DNA from: Campylobacterales bacterium
Lineage (GTDB): Bacteria > Campylobacterota > Campylobacteria > Campylobacterales > QNZT01
Direction of reading: 5' to 3'
Length of the DNA stretch: 42,656 nucleotides
Assembly: GCA_027055005.1 (NCBI GenBank)
Contig: JALUNR010000051.1
Span: forward strand, 1 to 42,656
Part shown: in pieces, positions 27,301 to 37,750 of the stretch
Numbering within the stretch: the stretch's first letter is position 1
Layout: each line of letters starts with the position of its first letter
Notes under the pieces: generated by a model
Database searches by the model: none
The model's input: the letters and a program-made list of their open reading frames with translations, nothing else
What the model was told of the DNA's origin: nothing
Program-made: the position numbers and the translations under genes

Positions 27301-28798
27301 AGTAATCAGTAAAGTTTCTCTGTTGGGAGCTAAAAGCTGCCATAGGAGTATCATCTCCCATAGCTCCTGTATTTTCTTTACCATCTTTCATCATAGGCTC
27401 TATAACCATCTCGATAGTTTCTTGTGAAATATTTGAAAGCCTTTGTTTTACTGCTAATTCTTTTATCTCATACTTACTAGTATCTGAAAATGGAAGTTCT
27501 ACAAATTCTTGAAGATAAGTCATATTTTGATTAAGCCACTCAGAGTAAGGATTCGAGTTTTTAAGGTACTCATCTATTTGATCACTTTTTAAAACTTTTC
27601 CAAACTTTAGATCTACTCCTATCATTTCACCACTTTGAAGTCTTCCTTGCTCTACTACAAGATCATTTTCTACCTCTAAGACTCCATACTCACTTGTTAT
27701 GATGATACGATTGTCTTTTGTGATGATGTATTTTGCTGGTCTTAAACCATTTCTATCTAATACACAACCGATAAATCTTCCATCAGTCAAACTTACTGCT
27801 GCTGGTCCATCCCATGCTTCAAAACAAGTACTCATATACTCATAATATGCCCTTAGGTGAGAATCCATATGAGGTGCATTTTGCCACGGTGCAGGAATAA
27901 GAGCACGAGCTGCTTTGAAAAAATCCATACCATTTGATATCAAAAACTCAAAAACATTGTCTAAACTACCACTATCACTTAAATCATTTGAAGTTATAGG
28001 AAATAGTTTTTGAAGCTCTTTTTTAGAGTAAACTTCACTTGTAATATCTTCACATTTTATGTCTATGTTGTATCTGTTTGCACTAACTGAGTTTATCTCT
28101 CCGTTATGTGCTATATGTCTAAAAGGTTGAGCTAATTTCCATTTTGGCAGTGTATTTGTAGAAAATCTTTGGTGAAAAAGTGCAAAACCTACTTTAAAAT
28201 CCTCATCACTTAAATCAGTATAAAACTCTTTGATGTGAGTTGGCATAACTAAACCTTTATAAGATATAGTTGAAGAGCTAAATGAAGGGATATAAAAATC
28301 TTCATAATCTTTAAGTTCAACTTCGATAAGTCTTCTTGTTAGATATAAAAGTGCATCAAACTTTTTTGTAGCTACTATCGAACTTGGTGTAATAAAAACT
28401 TGAGTAATCTTTGGTAAAACTGATAGTGCTTGTTCTCCTAAAGCCTCTGTATTTATAGGTACTTCTCTGTAAAAAAGGACTTTTAAGTCATTTTCTTCAC
28501 ATTTTGCTGAAATAACTTCTTTTTGTTTATCATTTTGTAAAAAAAGCATACCTACTGCAAACTGTCTAGGAAGATTAACCCCATTTTCTTGAGCTTTCTT
28601 TTTCATAAACTCTTTTGGCATACCAAATAAAAGCCCACTACCATCACCACTTTTTCCATCAGCTGCAATAGCACCTCGATGCATCATCCTTTCAAGTGAA
28701 ATAATAGCATCTTCTACATTTTGATGTGTAGGAGTATTGTCAATACTAGCCAACAATCCAAATCCACAGTTATCTTTAAAGCTTTTTAAAATATCCAT
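24374..28798 (-). CDS. gltB: Glutamate synthase large subunit
   Basis: CGFG Ntn cysteine, HQRFSTNT, HNGEIN, FAQVTNPPIDP, QGAKPGEGGQLPG, C-x5-C-x4-C [3Fe-4S], GXGXG repeats. Confidence 0.98.
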   Translation of the reverse strand: MDILKSFKDNCGFGLLASIDNTPTHQNVEDAIISLERMMHRGAIAADGKSGDGSGLLFGMPKEFMKKKAQENGVNLPRQFAVGMLFLQNDKQKEVISAKCEENDLKVLFYREVPINTEALGEQALSVLPKITQVFITPSSIVATKKFDALLYLTRRLIEVELKDYEDFYIPSFSSSTISYKGLVMPTHIKEFYTDLSDEDFKVGFALFHQRFSTNTLPKWKLAQPFRHIAHNGEINSVSANRYNIDIKCEDITSEVYSKKELQKLFPITSNDLSDSGSLDNVFEFLISNGMDFFKAARALIPAPWQNAPHMDSHLRAYYEYMSTCFEAWDGPAAVSLTDGRFIGCVLDRNGLRPAKYIITKDNRIIITSEYGVLEVENDLVVEQGRLQSGEMIGVDLKFGKVLKSDQIDEYLKNSNPYSEWLNQNMTYLQEFVELPFSDTSKYEIKELAVKQRLSNISQETIEMVIEPMMKDGKENTGAMGDDTPMAAFSSQQRNFTDYFKQKFAQVTNPPIDPIREKVVMSLNTGFGELRNILHEDPDHAMRIKAVSPILMEEKLKVLLSFGNESNPRYNSHYKNKTFSTLFTSDLKASLDSLVNKIVRSVKEDGIRIIVLSDRCDNQNMKFIPMAMVIGRLNKILKQEGVRHLTSTIAETSEVFDSHSAAVMIAYGVNAIYPYLLYATVLDIVRKQDLSQYEQKEAFKSTHQALGAGLLKIMSKMGIATIASYRSSSLFDVLGLSNEIVDDCFNDSHALIPGLGYNDIEERIERYYQNAISIMGVKKLFPLEVGGLHKFVFGKEHHDYAPLVVNTLHQASVSGKKEDFEKYKDVVNNRNFKMIRDFFEFKSDKKSISLEEVEPKENIFKRFASAAMSLGSISPEAHEAIAQAMNELGAQSNSGEGGEASERLKTIRNSKIKQIASGRFGVTPEYLRSAEEIQIKVAQGAKPGEGGQLPGHKVTALIASLRYTTPGVTLISPPPHHDIYSIEDLAQLIFDMKQINPDAKITVKLVSTSGVGTIAAGVAKAYADKIIISGGDGGTGAAPLTSIKNAGNPWELGLSEAHNALKVNGLRGFVHLQTDGGLKTGLDVIKAAMLGAESYAFGTATLCMVGCRILRICHMNKCTVGVATQDPQLREHFVGNVNRVKNFFTLLAEDVREILASLGYSSLEEIVGRSDLLKVIDDEFAKKFDFSSVLRRLDGVDTCQVEENKPFDDNAYEKEILKEVYPVIQNPGESMTLKKKISNLNRSFGTLISGEIAKYYGNQGLKEDSITFKLTGITGQSLGAFLINGVSIYVNGAGNDYIGKGMNGGKIIITPKTQGDNFSCGGNTCLYGATGGKLFVAGSVGERFGVRNSGAIAVIEGAGDHACEYMTGGIVVNLGKTGVNFGAGMTGGVAFIYDEEHNFIDNLNQELVVASRIDMDESDEERHFIKRILKEYIAETGSKKATNILENFRHNIRNFWIIKPKDMKRVPLNPQEGD

Positions 28799-28913
28799 TT
28801 ACTGCCTTTGTCCTAAATTTATAAATTACTTTATAAACTTCAGGTTTTTTTAAAAGTCGCTTATTCTACCTAATTTTTGCTAATTTTTTGATTAAATCTG
28901 TTACAATTACCCT

Positions 28914-29531
28914 ATGCAAGGGATAATACTAAATATAGTAAAAGTAAAAGATGAGGATCTAATAGTTACAGTCCTGACAAAGAAAAGATTAAAAACTCTT
29001 TATAGGTTCTATGGCTCTCGTCACTCATCTATAAATTTAGGATATATGATAGACTTTGTACCTATTTACTCTGCTAAATCTTCCATAGCTATGCTAAGAG
29101 AAGTAGTGCAACTAGGTTTTTCTTGGCAACTAATATACAACAAATTTTACGATTGGCAAGAGTTTATTAAACTACTATACAAACACTTAAAAGATGTAAA
29201 TGAAATAGACAGTTTTTATTTTGAACTTTTAAAGGAAGCCAACAAAAAACTAAAAGTTCAAAATTCCAAAAGAGTTTTAATAGAAAGTTTTTTAAAACTC
29301 TTAGAATATGAAGGAAGACTTCATATTGACTTCAAATGCTTTATATGTGGAAAAAATTGTAAACAAAATTCAATAATAAAAAGAAGCTACCTTTTATCAT
29401 GTAGAAATTGTTTAAAAGGCTTTTGCATGGAAAACAAAAAAATAAAAGAGCTATTTAAAAGTAAATCAACTCTTTTTTTAAATGATAATGAAGTAAATAT
29501 GCTTTGGGAAGTTTTACTAGAGGGATTATAA
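28914..29531 (+). CDS. recO: DNA repair protein RecO, Campylobacterota type
   Basis: MQG.I...KDEDLIV, YRFYG.RHS.I, LLEYEGRLH, CFIC. Confidence 0.88.
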   Translation: MQGIILNIVKVKDEDLIVTVLTKKRLKTLYRFYGSRHSSINLGYMIDFVPIYSAKSSIAMLREVVQLGFSWQLIYNKFYDWQEFIKLLYKHLKDVNEIDSFYFELLKEANKKLKVQNSKRVLIESFLKLLEYEGRLHIDFKCFICGKNCKQNSIIKRSYLLSCRNCLKGFCMENKKIKELFKSKSTLFLNDNEVNMLWEVLLEGL

Positions 29532-29611
29532 ATCCAAAAGACTAAAAACTGTAAAATAAACTACATAATTTCATTATTATTTAATAATCTAAATCTTTTC
29601 TTTTTTGAGTT

Positions 29612-30607
29612 TTATTCCTCTAAAGCGAACCTAACTAAAGCACTTCCCCATGTAAGTCCACCGCCAAAAGTATCTAGTAACATCAAATTTCCGCTTTTTA
29701 ATTTTCCTTCTTCATACCACTCATTTATCGCCATAGGGATTGAAGCAGCTGAGGTATTTCCATACTTGTCTACTGTTATGGCTATTTTTTCTTTTGGTAT
29801 TTTGAGTTTCCTCCCTACTGCATCTATGATTCTAAAGTTTGCTTGATGAGGGATGAAGTAATCCAAATCTTCACTTGTGATGTTGTTTTCTTCTAGTATT
29901 TCTTTTACATCATTTGTCAGAGTATTTACTGCTAATTTGAAAGTTTCATTTCCTTTCATTTGGAGATATTGAAGTTTTTCATTTAGTACATTTTGACTAC
30001 AAGGATTTTTACTTCCTCCTCCAGGAGTTACTAAAAAGTCCTGGAACTGCCCATCTGCTGAAGTTTTTACATCTATTATGGCTTTTGATTTATCTTCAGT
30101 TGCACCAATAATAGCAGCTCCTGCTCCATCACCAAATAAAATACAAGTAGTTCTATCTGTATAATCAACTATCGAGCTAAGTTTCTCAGCTCCTATGATA
30201 AGTACATTTTTCTTCATACCAGACTCTACAAAAGATTTTGCAATATTGAGTGCATAAATAAATCCACTACAAGCTGCACTTATATCAAATGCCATAATAT
30301 TTTTGATACCTAGTTTATCTGCCACTACACAAGCCGTTGAAGGCATACAAAAAAAATCAGGTGTAATAGTAGCTAAGATTATTGCATCGACTTCACTTTT
30401 ATCGATATTTGCTCTTTTTATTGCCAATTTCGCTGCCTCAAAAGCTAAATCACTTGTTGACTGTTCAGTTTCTGCTATATATCTGTTTTTAATACCTGTC
30501 CTTTGAGTTATCCACTCATCAGTAGTATCTACCATTTTTTCTAAATCTTTATTTGTTAAAGACTTTGGAGGAGTATAAGATCCGATTGATTTAAATGATG
30601 CATACAT
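29612..30607 (-). CDS. fabH: Beta-ketoacyl-ACP synthase III
   Basis: [38 protein letters not shown]. Confidence 0.97.
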   Translation of the reverse strand: MYASFKSIGSYTPPKSLTNKDLEKMVDTTDEWITQRTGIKNRYIAETEQSTSDLAFEAAKLAIKRANIDKSEVDAIILATITPDFFCMPSTACVVADKLGIKNIMAFDISAACSGFIYALNIAKSFVESGMKKNVLIIGAEKLSSIVDYTDRTTCILFGDGAGAAIIGATEDKSKAIIDVKTSADGQFQDFLVTPGGGSKNPCSQNVLNEKLQYLQMKGNETFKLAVNTLTNDVKEILEENNITSEDLDYFIPHQANFRIIDAVGRKLKIPKEKIAITVDKYGNTSAASIPMAINEWYEEGKLKSGNLMLLDTFGGGLTWGSALVRFALEE

Positions 30608-30638
30608 ATTTTTTTTACACTCCTCTTTTGTAATATTT

Positions 30639-31637
30639 TTATGATTTGTATTTTAATAAATTTTGTTCTATATCTCTACTAATATCTGTCTTAACATAAG
30701 CTAATGCTTGATATATGGCATTTTTTATAGCTATTTTATTGCTCTTTCCATGACAGATTATAGTACATTTTTTCACTCCTAAAAGTGGAGCTCCACCATA
30801 CTCAGCATAATCAACTTGCTTCTTGAGTACTTTAAAAACTCTTCTCATCAAAAGTGCACCTGTTAGTGCCGTTGGAGATTTTTTTATATTTTGTTTAATT
30901 ATTTTTGAAATCGAACTTGCGACTCCCTCACTTGTTTTAAGAAGGATATTTCCAACAAAACCATCACAAGTAATAACATCAACTTCACCTTTAAAAATAT
31001 CACTTCCTTCTACATTTCCGATAAAGTTTGGATAAGATTGAAGTAATTTAAAAGCTTCTTTTGTAACTTCATTTCCTTTAGAATCTTCTTCACCATTTGA
31101 CAATAAACCAACTCTAGGATTTTCAACTTTTAGCACATCTTTTACATAAGCTCCACCCATTATGGCAAACTCCACTAAATGTTCAGCTTTACAATCAACA
31201 TTTGCTCCCACATCTAAAACTAAACTTCTTCCACCTGTTGTTGATGTTGGCATTAAAGTGGCAATAGCTGGACGAGAAACACCTTTTATTCGACCTATCC
31301 TTAAAGTTGAAAGGCTCATAGTAGCTCCACTATGTCCTGCACTCACAACTCCATCTGCATTACCAGATTTTACTAATTCTATGGCTTTATATATAGATGA
31401 TTCTTTTCTTTTAAGTACATCGGTAGATGATTCATTCATTTCAAATACATCATCACACTCTACAATTTCAATTCTATTTTTAAATTTTTTAGGAATAAAA
31501 GGTTCTATTTCATTTCTTTTACCAACAAAAATAACACCAAATTTTTCTCTTGTTTTCTTTAAGGCAAGAATAGTTCCTTCAACAATAGGTGAAGCACCGA
31601 AATCTCCACCCATTGCATCTATTGCAATTTTATACAT
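30639..31637 (-). CDS. plsX: Phosphate acyltransferase PlsX
   Basis: [43 protein letters not shown]. Confidence 0.97.
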   Translation of the reverse strand: MYKIAIDAMGGDFGASPIVEGTILALKKTREKFGVIFVGKRNEIEPFIPKKFKNRIEIVECDDVFEMNESSTDVLKRKESSIYKAIELVKSGNADGVVSAGHSGATMSLSTLRIGRIKGVSRPAIATLMPTSTTGGRSLVLDVGANVDCKAEHLVEFAIMGGAYVKDVLKVENPRVGLLSNGEEDSKGNEVTKEAFKLLQSYPNFIGNVEGSDIFKGEVDVITCDGFVGNILLKTSEGVASSISKIIKQNIKKSPTALTGALLMRRVFKVLKKQVDYAEYGGAPLLGVKKCTIICHGKSNKIAIKNAIYQALAYVKTDISRDIEQNLLKYKS

Positions 31638-31639
31638 TT

Positions 31640-31798
31640 TTAACTGTTTGCTTTATATTCACCAGTAGTTTTGTTTATATGGTGAGGCATTCTGTAAGTT
31701 CCATCAGCATCTTTCACAGGATTTGCTAATTTTAGTTTATAGTGAGTTCTTCTTTTTGCTGCTCTAGTCTTACTCACTCTTCGCTTTGGTACTGCCAT
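31640..31798 (-). CDS. rpmF: 50S ribosomal protein L32 (not in ORF track)
   Basis: [52 protein letters not shown]; AAGGAG RBS; between yceD and plsX. Confidence 0.97.
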   Translation of the reverse strand: MAVPKRRVSKTRAAKRRTHYKLKLANPVKDADGTYRMPHHINKTTGEYKANS

Positions 31799-31801
31799 TT
31801 T

Positions 31802-32158
31802 CTACTCCTTAAAATTATTTTTACATTTATTACAATAGTGGTAATCACTTTTTATAGACTCTATCTCACTTTGAGCAATTTCATCAAAATCGATAAAACC
31901 ATCAAAACTTTCAATAATATCCATATCATTACCACTATAAACTCCATCATTGATCAACAACTTTGAAGTTTCATCTATTTTTAATTTAAAATCTTCCAAA
32001 CAACCATCACAAGTATGTTTTAGCTCTCCAAAAATATTTAAATCAATTTCTACCATTTTAGGAGAAAGTTTTTTAAAAACACCACTATAATTAACACCAT
32101 CTTTATCTAAAGAAAAAGGTGTATTTGTAGTTGGTATTTTTCTAAACTCTACTCTCAT
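31802..32158 (-). CDS. YceD/DUF177-like protein
   Basis: CDGC and C-terminal YCNKC; canonical position upstream of rpmF. Confidence 0.8.
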   Translation of the reverse strand: MRVEFRKIPTTNTPFSLDKDGVNYSGVFKKLSPKMVEIDLNIFGELKHTCDGCLEDFKLKIDETSKLLINDGVYSGNDMDIIESFDGFIDFDEIAQSEIESIKSDYHYCNKCKNNFKE

Positions 32159-32168
32159 AAAATTTCTC

Positions 32169-32582
32169 TTATAATATCTCTTCTTTGCTAAAAAAGAACT
32201 TTATCTCTCTATCAGCATTTTCAAGACTATCACTTCCGTGAACTGCATTTGCATCTATACTTTCAGCAAAATCAGCTCTAATAGTTCCTTTTTCAGCCTC
32301 TTTTGGATCAGTTGCACCCATAAGTTCTCTGTTTTTAAGTACTGCACCTTCACCTTCTAATGCCATAACAACAACTGGTCCACTTGTCATAAACTCTACA
32401 AGTTCACCAAAGAAAGGTCTTTCTTTATGCACTTCATAAAATTCACCAGCTGTTTTTTCATCTAGTTTGATTTTTTTCATAGCTGCAATTCTAAGCCCAT
32501 TTGATTCAAATCTATCTATAATCTTACCAATAACACCTTTTTTAACAGCATCTGGTTTTATGATTGATAGTGTTTTTTCCAT
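32169..32582 (-). CDS. ndk: Nucleoside diphosphate kinase
   Basis: [33 protein letters not shown]. Confidence 0.98.
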   Translation of the reverse strand: MEKTLSIIKPDAVKKGVIGKIIDRFESNGLRIAAMKKIKLDEKTAGEFYEVHKERPFFGELVEFMTSGPVVVMALEGEGAVLKNRELMGATDPKEAEKGTIRADFAESIDANAVHGSDSLENADREIKFFFSKEEIL

Positions 32583-32668
32583 AATTTTCTCCGTCTATAA
32601 TTTTAGGCTCGGAGTATATCAAAAGAAATATAAAATAGGAATTAAACTTTTAGAATTTTTTAGAAGTT

Positions 32669-32693
32669 AGGCTAACCCATATAGGGCTAACCT
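32669..32693 (-). terminator. Stem-loop after the ferredoxin gene
   Basis: Minus strand AGGTTAGCCC-TATAT-GGGTTAGCCT, 10-bp stem with two G-U pairs. Confidence 0.55.
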
Positions 32694-32708
32694 TGATTTT
32701 AGAAAAGC

Positions 32709-32984
32709 TTAGTCTTCTACAACTGGTTCTCCAGCCTCTCCTCTGCTATCACTTAGAGTTTGACCATCTTTTGGTTCACCCCAAACAATACACCCTTCTG
32801 TAGGACATGCTTCAGCACAAGCTGGTTCGTCATGATGACCTACACACTCAACACATTTATCTTCATAAACATAGTAAGTTTCTTCACCTGTTGGATTATC
32901 CTCGTCATCAACGATAGCCTCAACTGGACACTCGTCTATACAAGCACCACAGTTTATACATATATCAGTAATTACAACTGCCAT
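32709..32984 (-). CDS. fdxA: 2x[4Fe-4S] ferredoxin (FdxA-like)
   Basis: CINCGACIDECP and CVECVGHHDEPACAEACP. Confidence 0.9.
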   Translation of the reverse strand: MAVVITDICINCGACIDECPVEAIVDDEDNPTGEETYYVYEDKCVECVGHHDEPACAEACPTEGCIVWGEPKDGQTLSDSRGEAGEPVVED

Positions 32985-33025
32985 ATTTTCTCCTTCTTTT
33001 AAAATGGAATTAAAATTATATCATC

Positions 33026-34183
33026 CTAAATATTAAAATAGCTTTTAATATCTTCAACTTTATCTAACTTTTCCCAAGTAAATGAATCTTCTTCTCTTCC
33101 AAAATGCCCATATGAAGCTGTTTTAAAATATCTAGGTTTTAAAAGATCTAAACTTTCTATAATCCCCTTTGGAGTAAGCTTAAAAATCTCTCTTACTGCA
33201 CTTTCTAACTTAGTATCATCTACATTTGAAGTACCATGCGTATCGACATATATAGATACTGGTTCAACTACACCTATGGCATAAGCTAGTTGGATTGTTA
33301 CTTTTTCACTCACTCCTGCCCCTACTAAGTTTTTTGCAATGTATCTTGCCATATAAGCTGCACTTCTATCTACTTTACTTGGATCTTTACCACTAAAAGC
33401 TCCACCACCATGAGGACAACTTCCACCATAAGTATCAACAATAATCTTTCTTCCAGTAAGTCCTGCATCACCTTGAGGACCTCCAATAACAAATCTTCCT
33501 GTTGGATTGATATGATATTTTATATTATCTGTTATTATATTTGTTGGTAGGTTTTTCTTTACAACTTCTTCTATAACTGCTTCTTTTAAATCATCTTGGC
33601 TAATATTATCTGAGTGTTGAGTAGAAACAACTATTGTATCTATCTCTGCTGGTTTTCCATCTATATATCTAACTGTTACTTGAGCTTTTCCATCCGGCCT
33701 TAAAAATGGCAAAGTTCCATTTTTTCTACTCTTTGCCAAAGATGAAGTTAATTTATGAGCTAAAGTTATAGGTAGAGGCATCAGAACATCAGTTTCATGA
33801 CAAGCATAACCAAACATCAAACCTTGATCTCCAGCTCCTATTTCACCATCTGCTTGGTCAACTCCTTGGTTTATATCTGAACTTTGTTCTCCTACTCCGT
33901 TTAGTACTCCAGCACTTCTATAATCAAATCCAAATTGAGCATCGGTGTAGCCAATATTTCTAACTACTTCTCTTGCTATATCTTGCATAGGTGCATAAGT
34001 AGTAGTTTTTAACTCTCCTGCTATAACACAAAAACCATTTGAAAGCAAAGTTTCACAAGCAACTCTAGCATTTGGATCTCTTTCAATAATATAATCTAAT
34101 ATTGCATCACTTATTTGGTCAGCCATTTTATCTGGATGTCCCTCAGTAACACTCTCACTAGTAAATAAATATTCATTTATCAT
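33026..34183 (-). CDS. metK: S-adenosylmethionine synthetase
   Basis: [34 protein letters not shown]. Confidence 0.98.
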   Translation of the reverse strand: MINEYLFTSESVTEGHPDKMADQISDAILDYIIERDPNARVACETLLSNGFCVIAGELKTTTYAPMQDIAREVVRNIGYTDAQFGFDYRSAGVLNGVGEQSSDINQGVDQADGEIGAGDQGLMFGYACHETDVLMPLPITLAHKLTSSLAKSRKNGTLPFLRPDGKAQVTVRYIDGKPAEIDTIVVSTQHSDNISQDDLKEAVIEEVVKKNLPTNIITDNIKYHINPTGRFVIGGPQGDAGLTGRKIIVDTYGGSCPHGGGAFSGKDPSKVDRSAAYMARYIAKNLVGAGVSEKVTIQLAYAIGVVEPVSIYVDTHGTSNVDDTKLESAVREIFKLTPKGIIESLDLLKPRYFKTASYGHFGREEDSFTWEKLDKVEDIKSYFNI

Positions 34184-34296
34184 CGTTTTCTTGATCCTTT
34201 ATATTTAAATTTTATAAAATGCAATAGTATCTAATCTTTTTTTAAGAGTTTATTGGATAATATTTTTCTTCAAATAATTTTTAACAAGGAGAAATT

Positions 34297-34893
34297 ATGT
34301 TAGTAACAAAAAAAGCACCAGATTTTACAGCAAGTGCTGTTTTAGCTGATGGTAGTATAGTTGAAGATTTTAATCTTTATAAAAACTTTGGAGAAAAGGG
34401 TACAGTTTTATTTTTCTATCCACTTGATTTTACATTTGTTTGTCCAAGCGAGATTATCGCATTTTCTCACAGAATAGAAGAGTTTTCTAAAAGAGGAATA
34501 AATGTTATCGGTGTTTCAGTTGATAGTCAGTTTTCACACTTTGCATGGAGAGAAACTCCAGAAAAAGAGGGTGGTATAGGAAGAGTTAAATATCCATTAG
34601 TAGCTGATCTTAGTAAACAAATATCAAAAGATTATGATGTACTACTTGATGGTGGTGTTGCACTTAGAGGAAGTTTTTTGATAGATGCTGATGGAACAAT
34701 AAGACATGCAGTTATAAATGACTTACCACTTGGAAGAAATATAGATGAAATGCTAAGAATGGTAGATACTATGCTATTTACAAATGAACATGGAGAAGTA
34801 TGTCCTGCTGGATGGCAACCAGGCGATGAAGGAATGAAACCAAATACTGATGGTGTTGCTGAATACTTAAGTAAACATGCTGAAGAGTTGTAA
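34297..34893 (+). CDS. ahpC: 2-Cys peroxiredoxin (alkyl hydroperoxide reductase C)
   Basis: FYPLDFTFVCPSE, GEVCPAGW. Confidence 0.96.
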   Translation: MLVTKKAPDFTASAVLADGSIVEDFNLYKNFGEKGTVLFFYPLDFTFVCPSEIIAFSHRIEEFSKRGINVIGVSVDSQFSHFAWRETPEKEGGIGRVKYPLVADLSKQISKDYDVLLDGGVALRGSFLIDADGTIRHAVINDLPLGRNIDEMLRMVDTMLFTNEHGEVCPAGWQPGDEGMKPNTDGVAEYLSKHAEEL

Positions 34894-34898
34894 CTAGT

Positions 34899-35204
34899 TT
34901 ATGAGAGGATTTTTTTCCTCTCATAATACCACCAATATACAAAACCAAATCCTATAATAATATTTAAAATACTATTTTCACTTATCATTTGAGCTGTTTC
35001 TTGATACAGTTTTTTCATTATCTGACTACTTTCTTGTGTTGCCAAGTGTTCAAAATAAACTTTTAACTCTGTTCCCCAAAAATATGCTATAATCTCTGGT
35101 ACAAAGAAAAAAAATACTATACCTATCAATGCCCACCAAGTTGATTTTGGTTTTAATTGTTCTTTTGCTTCATGAAGTTTATCTTTATTTATTTTAATTT
35201 TCAA
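34899..35204 (-). CDS. Hypothetical two-TM membrane protein
   Basis: TTG start overlapping the dxs end; FFFVPEIIAYFWG helix and C-terminal helix. Confidence 0.7.
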   Translation of the reverse strand: MKIKINKDKLHEAKEQLKPKSTWWALIGIVFFFFVPEIIAYFWGTELKVYFEHLATQESSQIMKKLYQETAQMISENSILNIIIGFGFVYWWYYERKKILS

Positions 35205-36999
35205 GTACTTTCCTTGCTAGTTGAGTTGGTAAAAGTCCTAAACTTTTTTCTACCAATCTCGTATTTCCATGTTCTATAAATTTATCCTCATATTCAAAAC
35301 TTACTATTTTAACATCTAAAATATTTTCTTCTTGTAAAAATTCTTCCAAAGATGTAGCTACTCCACCTATTTTCGCAGTATCACTAAAAACAAACCATTT
35401 TTTATGTTTTTGAGAAAGTTCTTTTAGCAATTTTTTATCCAATGGTTTTAGAAAAATCAAATCAACTATTGTCACATCTTTTTTTAATTCTTTTGAAGTT
35501 TGATATGCTTTTGAAACTCCTGTTCCATAACCTATAAAGGCTAAATCTGAATCTGAAGTTTGTAAAACTTCACCTTTTGCAAAACTTATTTCTTTTGCAT
35601 CGTGGTCCAATTCAAAAAAACTTCCCCGTGGATACCTAAATGCTATAGGAGAAGGAAAATCTTTAGTAAACTCTATCACATTTTCTAACATTTTTGCATC
35701 TCTTGGAGCTATAAGAGTCATATTTGGAATACATCTTAAAAAACTTACATCAAATACACCCTGATGAGTTTCTCCATCCTCTCCTACTATTCCCGCCCTG
35801 TCTATTGCAAATTTTATAGGAAGATTTAAAATACAACTATCATGTATAATTTGATCATAAGCTCTTTGTAAAAAGGTAGAATAAATAGCTACATAAGGTT
35901 TAAATCCTTCTTTTGCCATAGCTGCCATAGAAGTAACTGCATGCTGTTCTGCTATAGCTACATCCCAAAACCTTTCGGGAAATTCTTCCATAAGTGGTTT
36001 TAATCCAGTTCCACTTGGCATAGCAGCTGTTACTCCAACTACTTTTTTATCTTTTCTTGCTAACTCTAAAAGTTTATCCGAAAATATTTTTGTAGCACTT
36101 GGAGCTTTTGACTTACTTAAAGACTCACCCGTCTCAAGATCAAATTTTCCAACCCCATGCCAATGCTCTTGAGTTCCTTCAGCTTTATTGTAACCTTTTC
36201 CTTTTATAGTTTGAGCATGAATTAAAACTGGTTTTTTCATCTCTTTTGCAATTTTAAAAGTTTCTATTAAAGATGATACATTATGACCATCAACTGGACC
36301 TATATACTCTATGCCTAACTCTTCAAAAAGTACTCCTGGAGTTATCAGCTTTAAACTTTCATCAAACTTTCTTGCCATATATGATGCACTATCTGGGAAA
36401 TGTTCTAGTATAGTTTTAGTAGTTTTTTTAAACTTTTGATAAAATTTTCCACTTACCACATGTGAAAGATAGTTACTTATAGCCCCAATAGGTTTACTAA
36501 TACTCATCTCATTATCATTTAATATAATAACTACTGGGTATTTTCTATCTCCAAGTTCATTTAAAGCTTCATATACCATACCTGCACTCATAGATCCATC
36601 ACCTATAAATGCAACTGGTACTCTATCTTCACCTTTTAATTTTATCGCCTTAGCAGCACCAACTGCAAGTGAAATAGAAGTTGAACTATGTCCTGCTATA
36701 AAGTAATCTTCATCACTTTCACTAGGTTTTGTATATCCACTAAGTCCACCAAATGTTCTTAAAGTATCAAATTTATCCCATCTGCCCGTTAGAAGTTTAT
36801 GTGCATAAGCTTGGTGTGATACATCAAAAATAAATGGATCTGATTTACTATCAAAAACAGAGTGCATCGCAACTATAAGTTCAACAGCACCTAAAGTAGA
36901 GCTTAAATGACCACCATTTTTACTAACAGTTTTAAGTATTTTTTCTCGTATATCTTGACATAGAGTTTCTAACTCTTTTGTAGTTTTTTCTTTTAGCAT
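35194..36999 (-). CDS. dxs: 1-deoxy-D-xylulose-5-phosphate synthase
   Basis: GGHLSSTLG, DVSHQAY.HK, GHSSTSIS, GDGSM...NDNEMSI, IAEQHA, DRAGIVGEDG.THQG. Confidence 0.97.
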   Translation of the reverse strand: MLKEKTTKELETLCQDIREKILKTVSKNGGHLSSTLGAVELIVAMHSVFDSKSDPFIFDVSHQAYAHKLLTGRWDKFDTLRTFGGLSGYTKPSESDEDYFIAGHSSTSISLAVGAAKAIKLKGEDRVPVAFIGDGSMSAGMVYEALNELGDRKYPVVIILNDNEMSISKPIGAISNYLSHVVSGKFYQKFKKTTKTILEHFPDSASYMARKFDESLKLITPGVLFEELGIEYIGPVDGHNVSSLIETFKIAKEMKKPVLIHAQTIKGKGYNKAEGTQEHWHGVGKFDLETGESLSKSKAPSATKIFSDKLLELARKDKKVVGVTAAMPSGTGLKPLMEEFPERFWDVAIAEQHAVTSMAAMAKEGFKPYVAIYSTFLQRAYDQIIHDSCILNLPIKFAIDRAGIVGEDGETHQGVFDVSFLRCIPNMTLIAPRDAKMLENVIEFTKDFPSPIAFRYPRGSFFELDHDAKEISFAKGEVLQTSDSDLAFIGYGTGVSKAYQTSKELKKDVTIVDLIFLKPLDKKLLKELSQKHKKWFVFSDTAKIGGVATSLEEFLQEENILDVKIVSFEYEDKFIEHGNTRLVEKSLGLLPTQLARKVLEN

Positions 37000-37009
37000 A
37001 TGGAATACC

Positions 37010-37750
37010 CTAACTCTCTTTTATAAGTTGAAGAGTTTTTTTGAATCTAGTTGATATAGTTCCATCTATATTTTTTTTAGGGGAGAGTATAACAACTCCC
37101 CCTCTTTGTATAGAGTTATCAGATATAACTTTTATATTTTTATTTAATCCTTGATTTAAAACTTCTTCATAATCAATAGGATTTACCAATACTCTCACAT
37201 CCAACTCATCTTTTATACTAGATACTAAATATTTCACAATGGACTTAGCAACAAGATTAGAATTTTCTTCAATCTCTTTTTTTATTACTTTTTGAGCTAT
37301 TATAATAGAAGTTTCTATAAGTTCTTCTTCAATCTCACTAAGTCTTTGTTTTATTTGTATCTCTAGCTCTTGAAGTTTTGTAGTCGCTGAAAGATATTGT
37401 ATTTTTAATGCCTCTATTTCACTTTCATTTGCTTCTTTTGTATCTTTTACACCTTGAGTATAACTTTCATCTTTTACTTTTATCAATTCTTGTTGATGTA
37501 GTTTTTTGTCTTCTTCTCTTTGCATTTGTAGATTTACAACTTGAGAAGATAACTCCTCTATCCTCTGAAATAACTCTTTGTTGTTATTTTCTTCCTTTGG
37601 ATTCTTAATTTCTTCTGATTCTTTATTATTTTTATTATTAAATATAGATGATAAATCAACCTTTTTTGAATTTTCTTTTTTATATTGCTTAAATACAAAC
37701 TTTTCTATATTATGTTGATTTGATTTGCTATCATGTATTATCTTACTCAC
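37010..37750 (-). CDS. fliH: Flagellar assembly protein FliH
   Basis: Follows fliG; coiled-coil, VNPIDY, I.RGGVVI......IDGTI..R. Confidence 0.88.
   Translation of the reverse strand: MSKIIHDSKSNQHNIEKFVFKQYKKENSKKVDLSSIFNNKNNKESEEIKNPKEENNNKELFQRIEELSSQVVNLQMQREEDKKLHQQELIKVKDESYTQGVKDTKEANESEIEALKIQYLSATTKLQELEIQIKQRLSEIEEELIETSIIIAQKVIKKEIEENSNLVAKSIVKYLVSSIKDELDVRVLVNPIDYEEVLNQGLNKNIKVISDNSIQRGGVVILSPKKNIDGTISTRFKKTLQLIKES

Noticed and set aside
31162-31668. 168-aa plus-strand ORF
   Set aside because: Antisense shadow of plsX with no RBS or recognisable motif
32669-32693. GGCTAACC direct repeat as a CRISPR or REP remnant
   Set aside because: Only two copies, fully explained by one hairpin with G-U pairs
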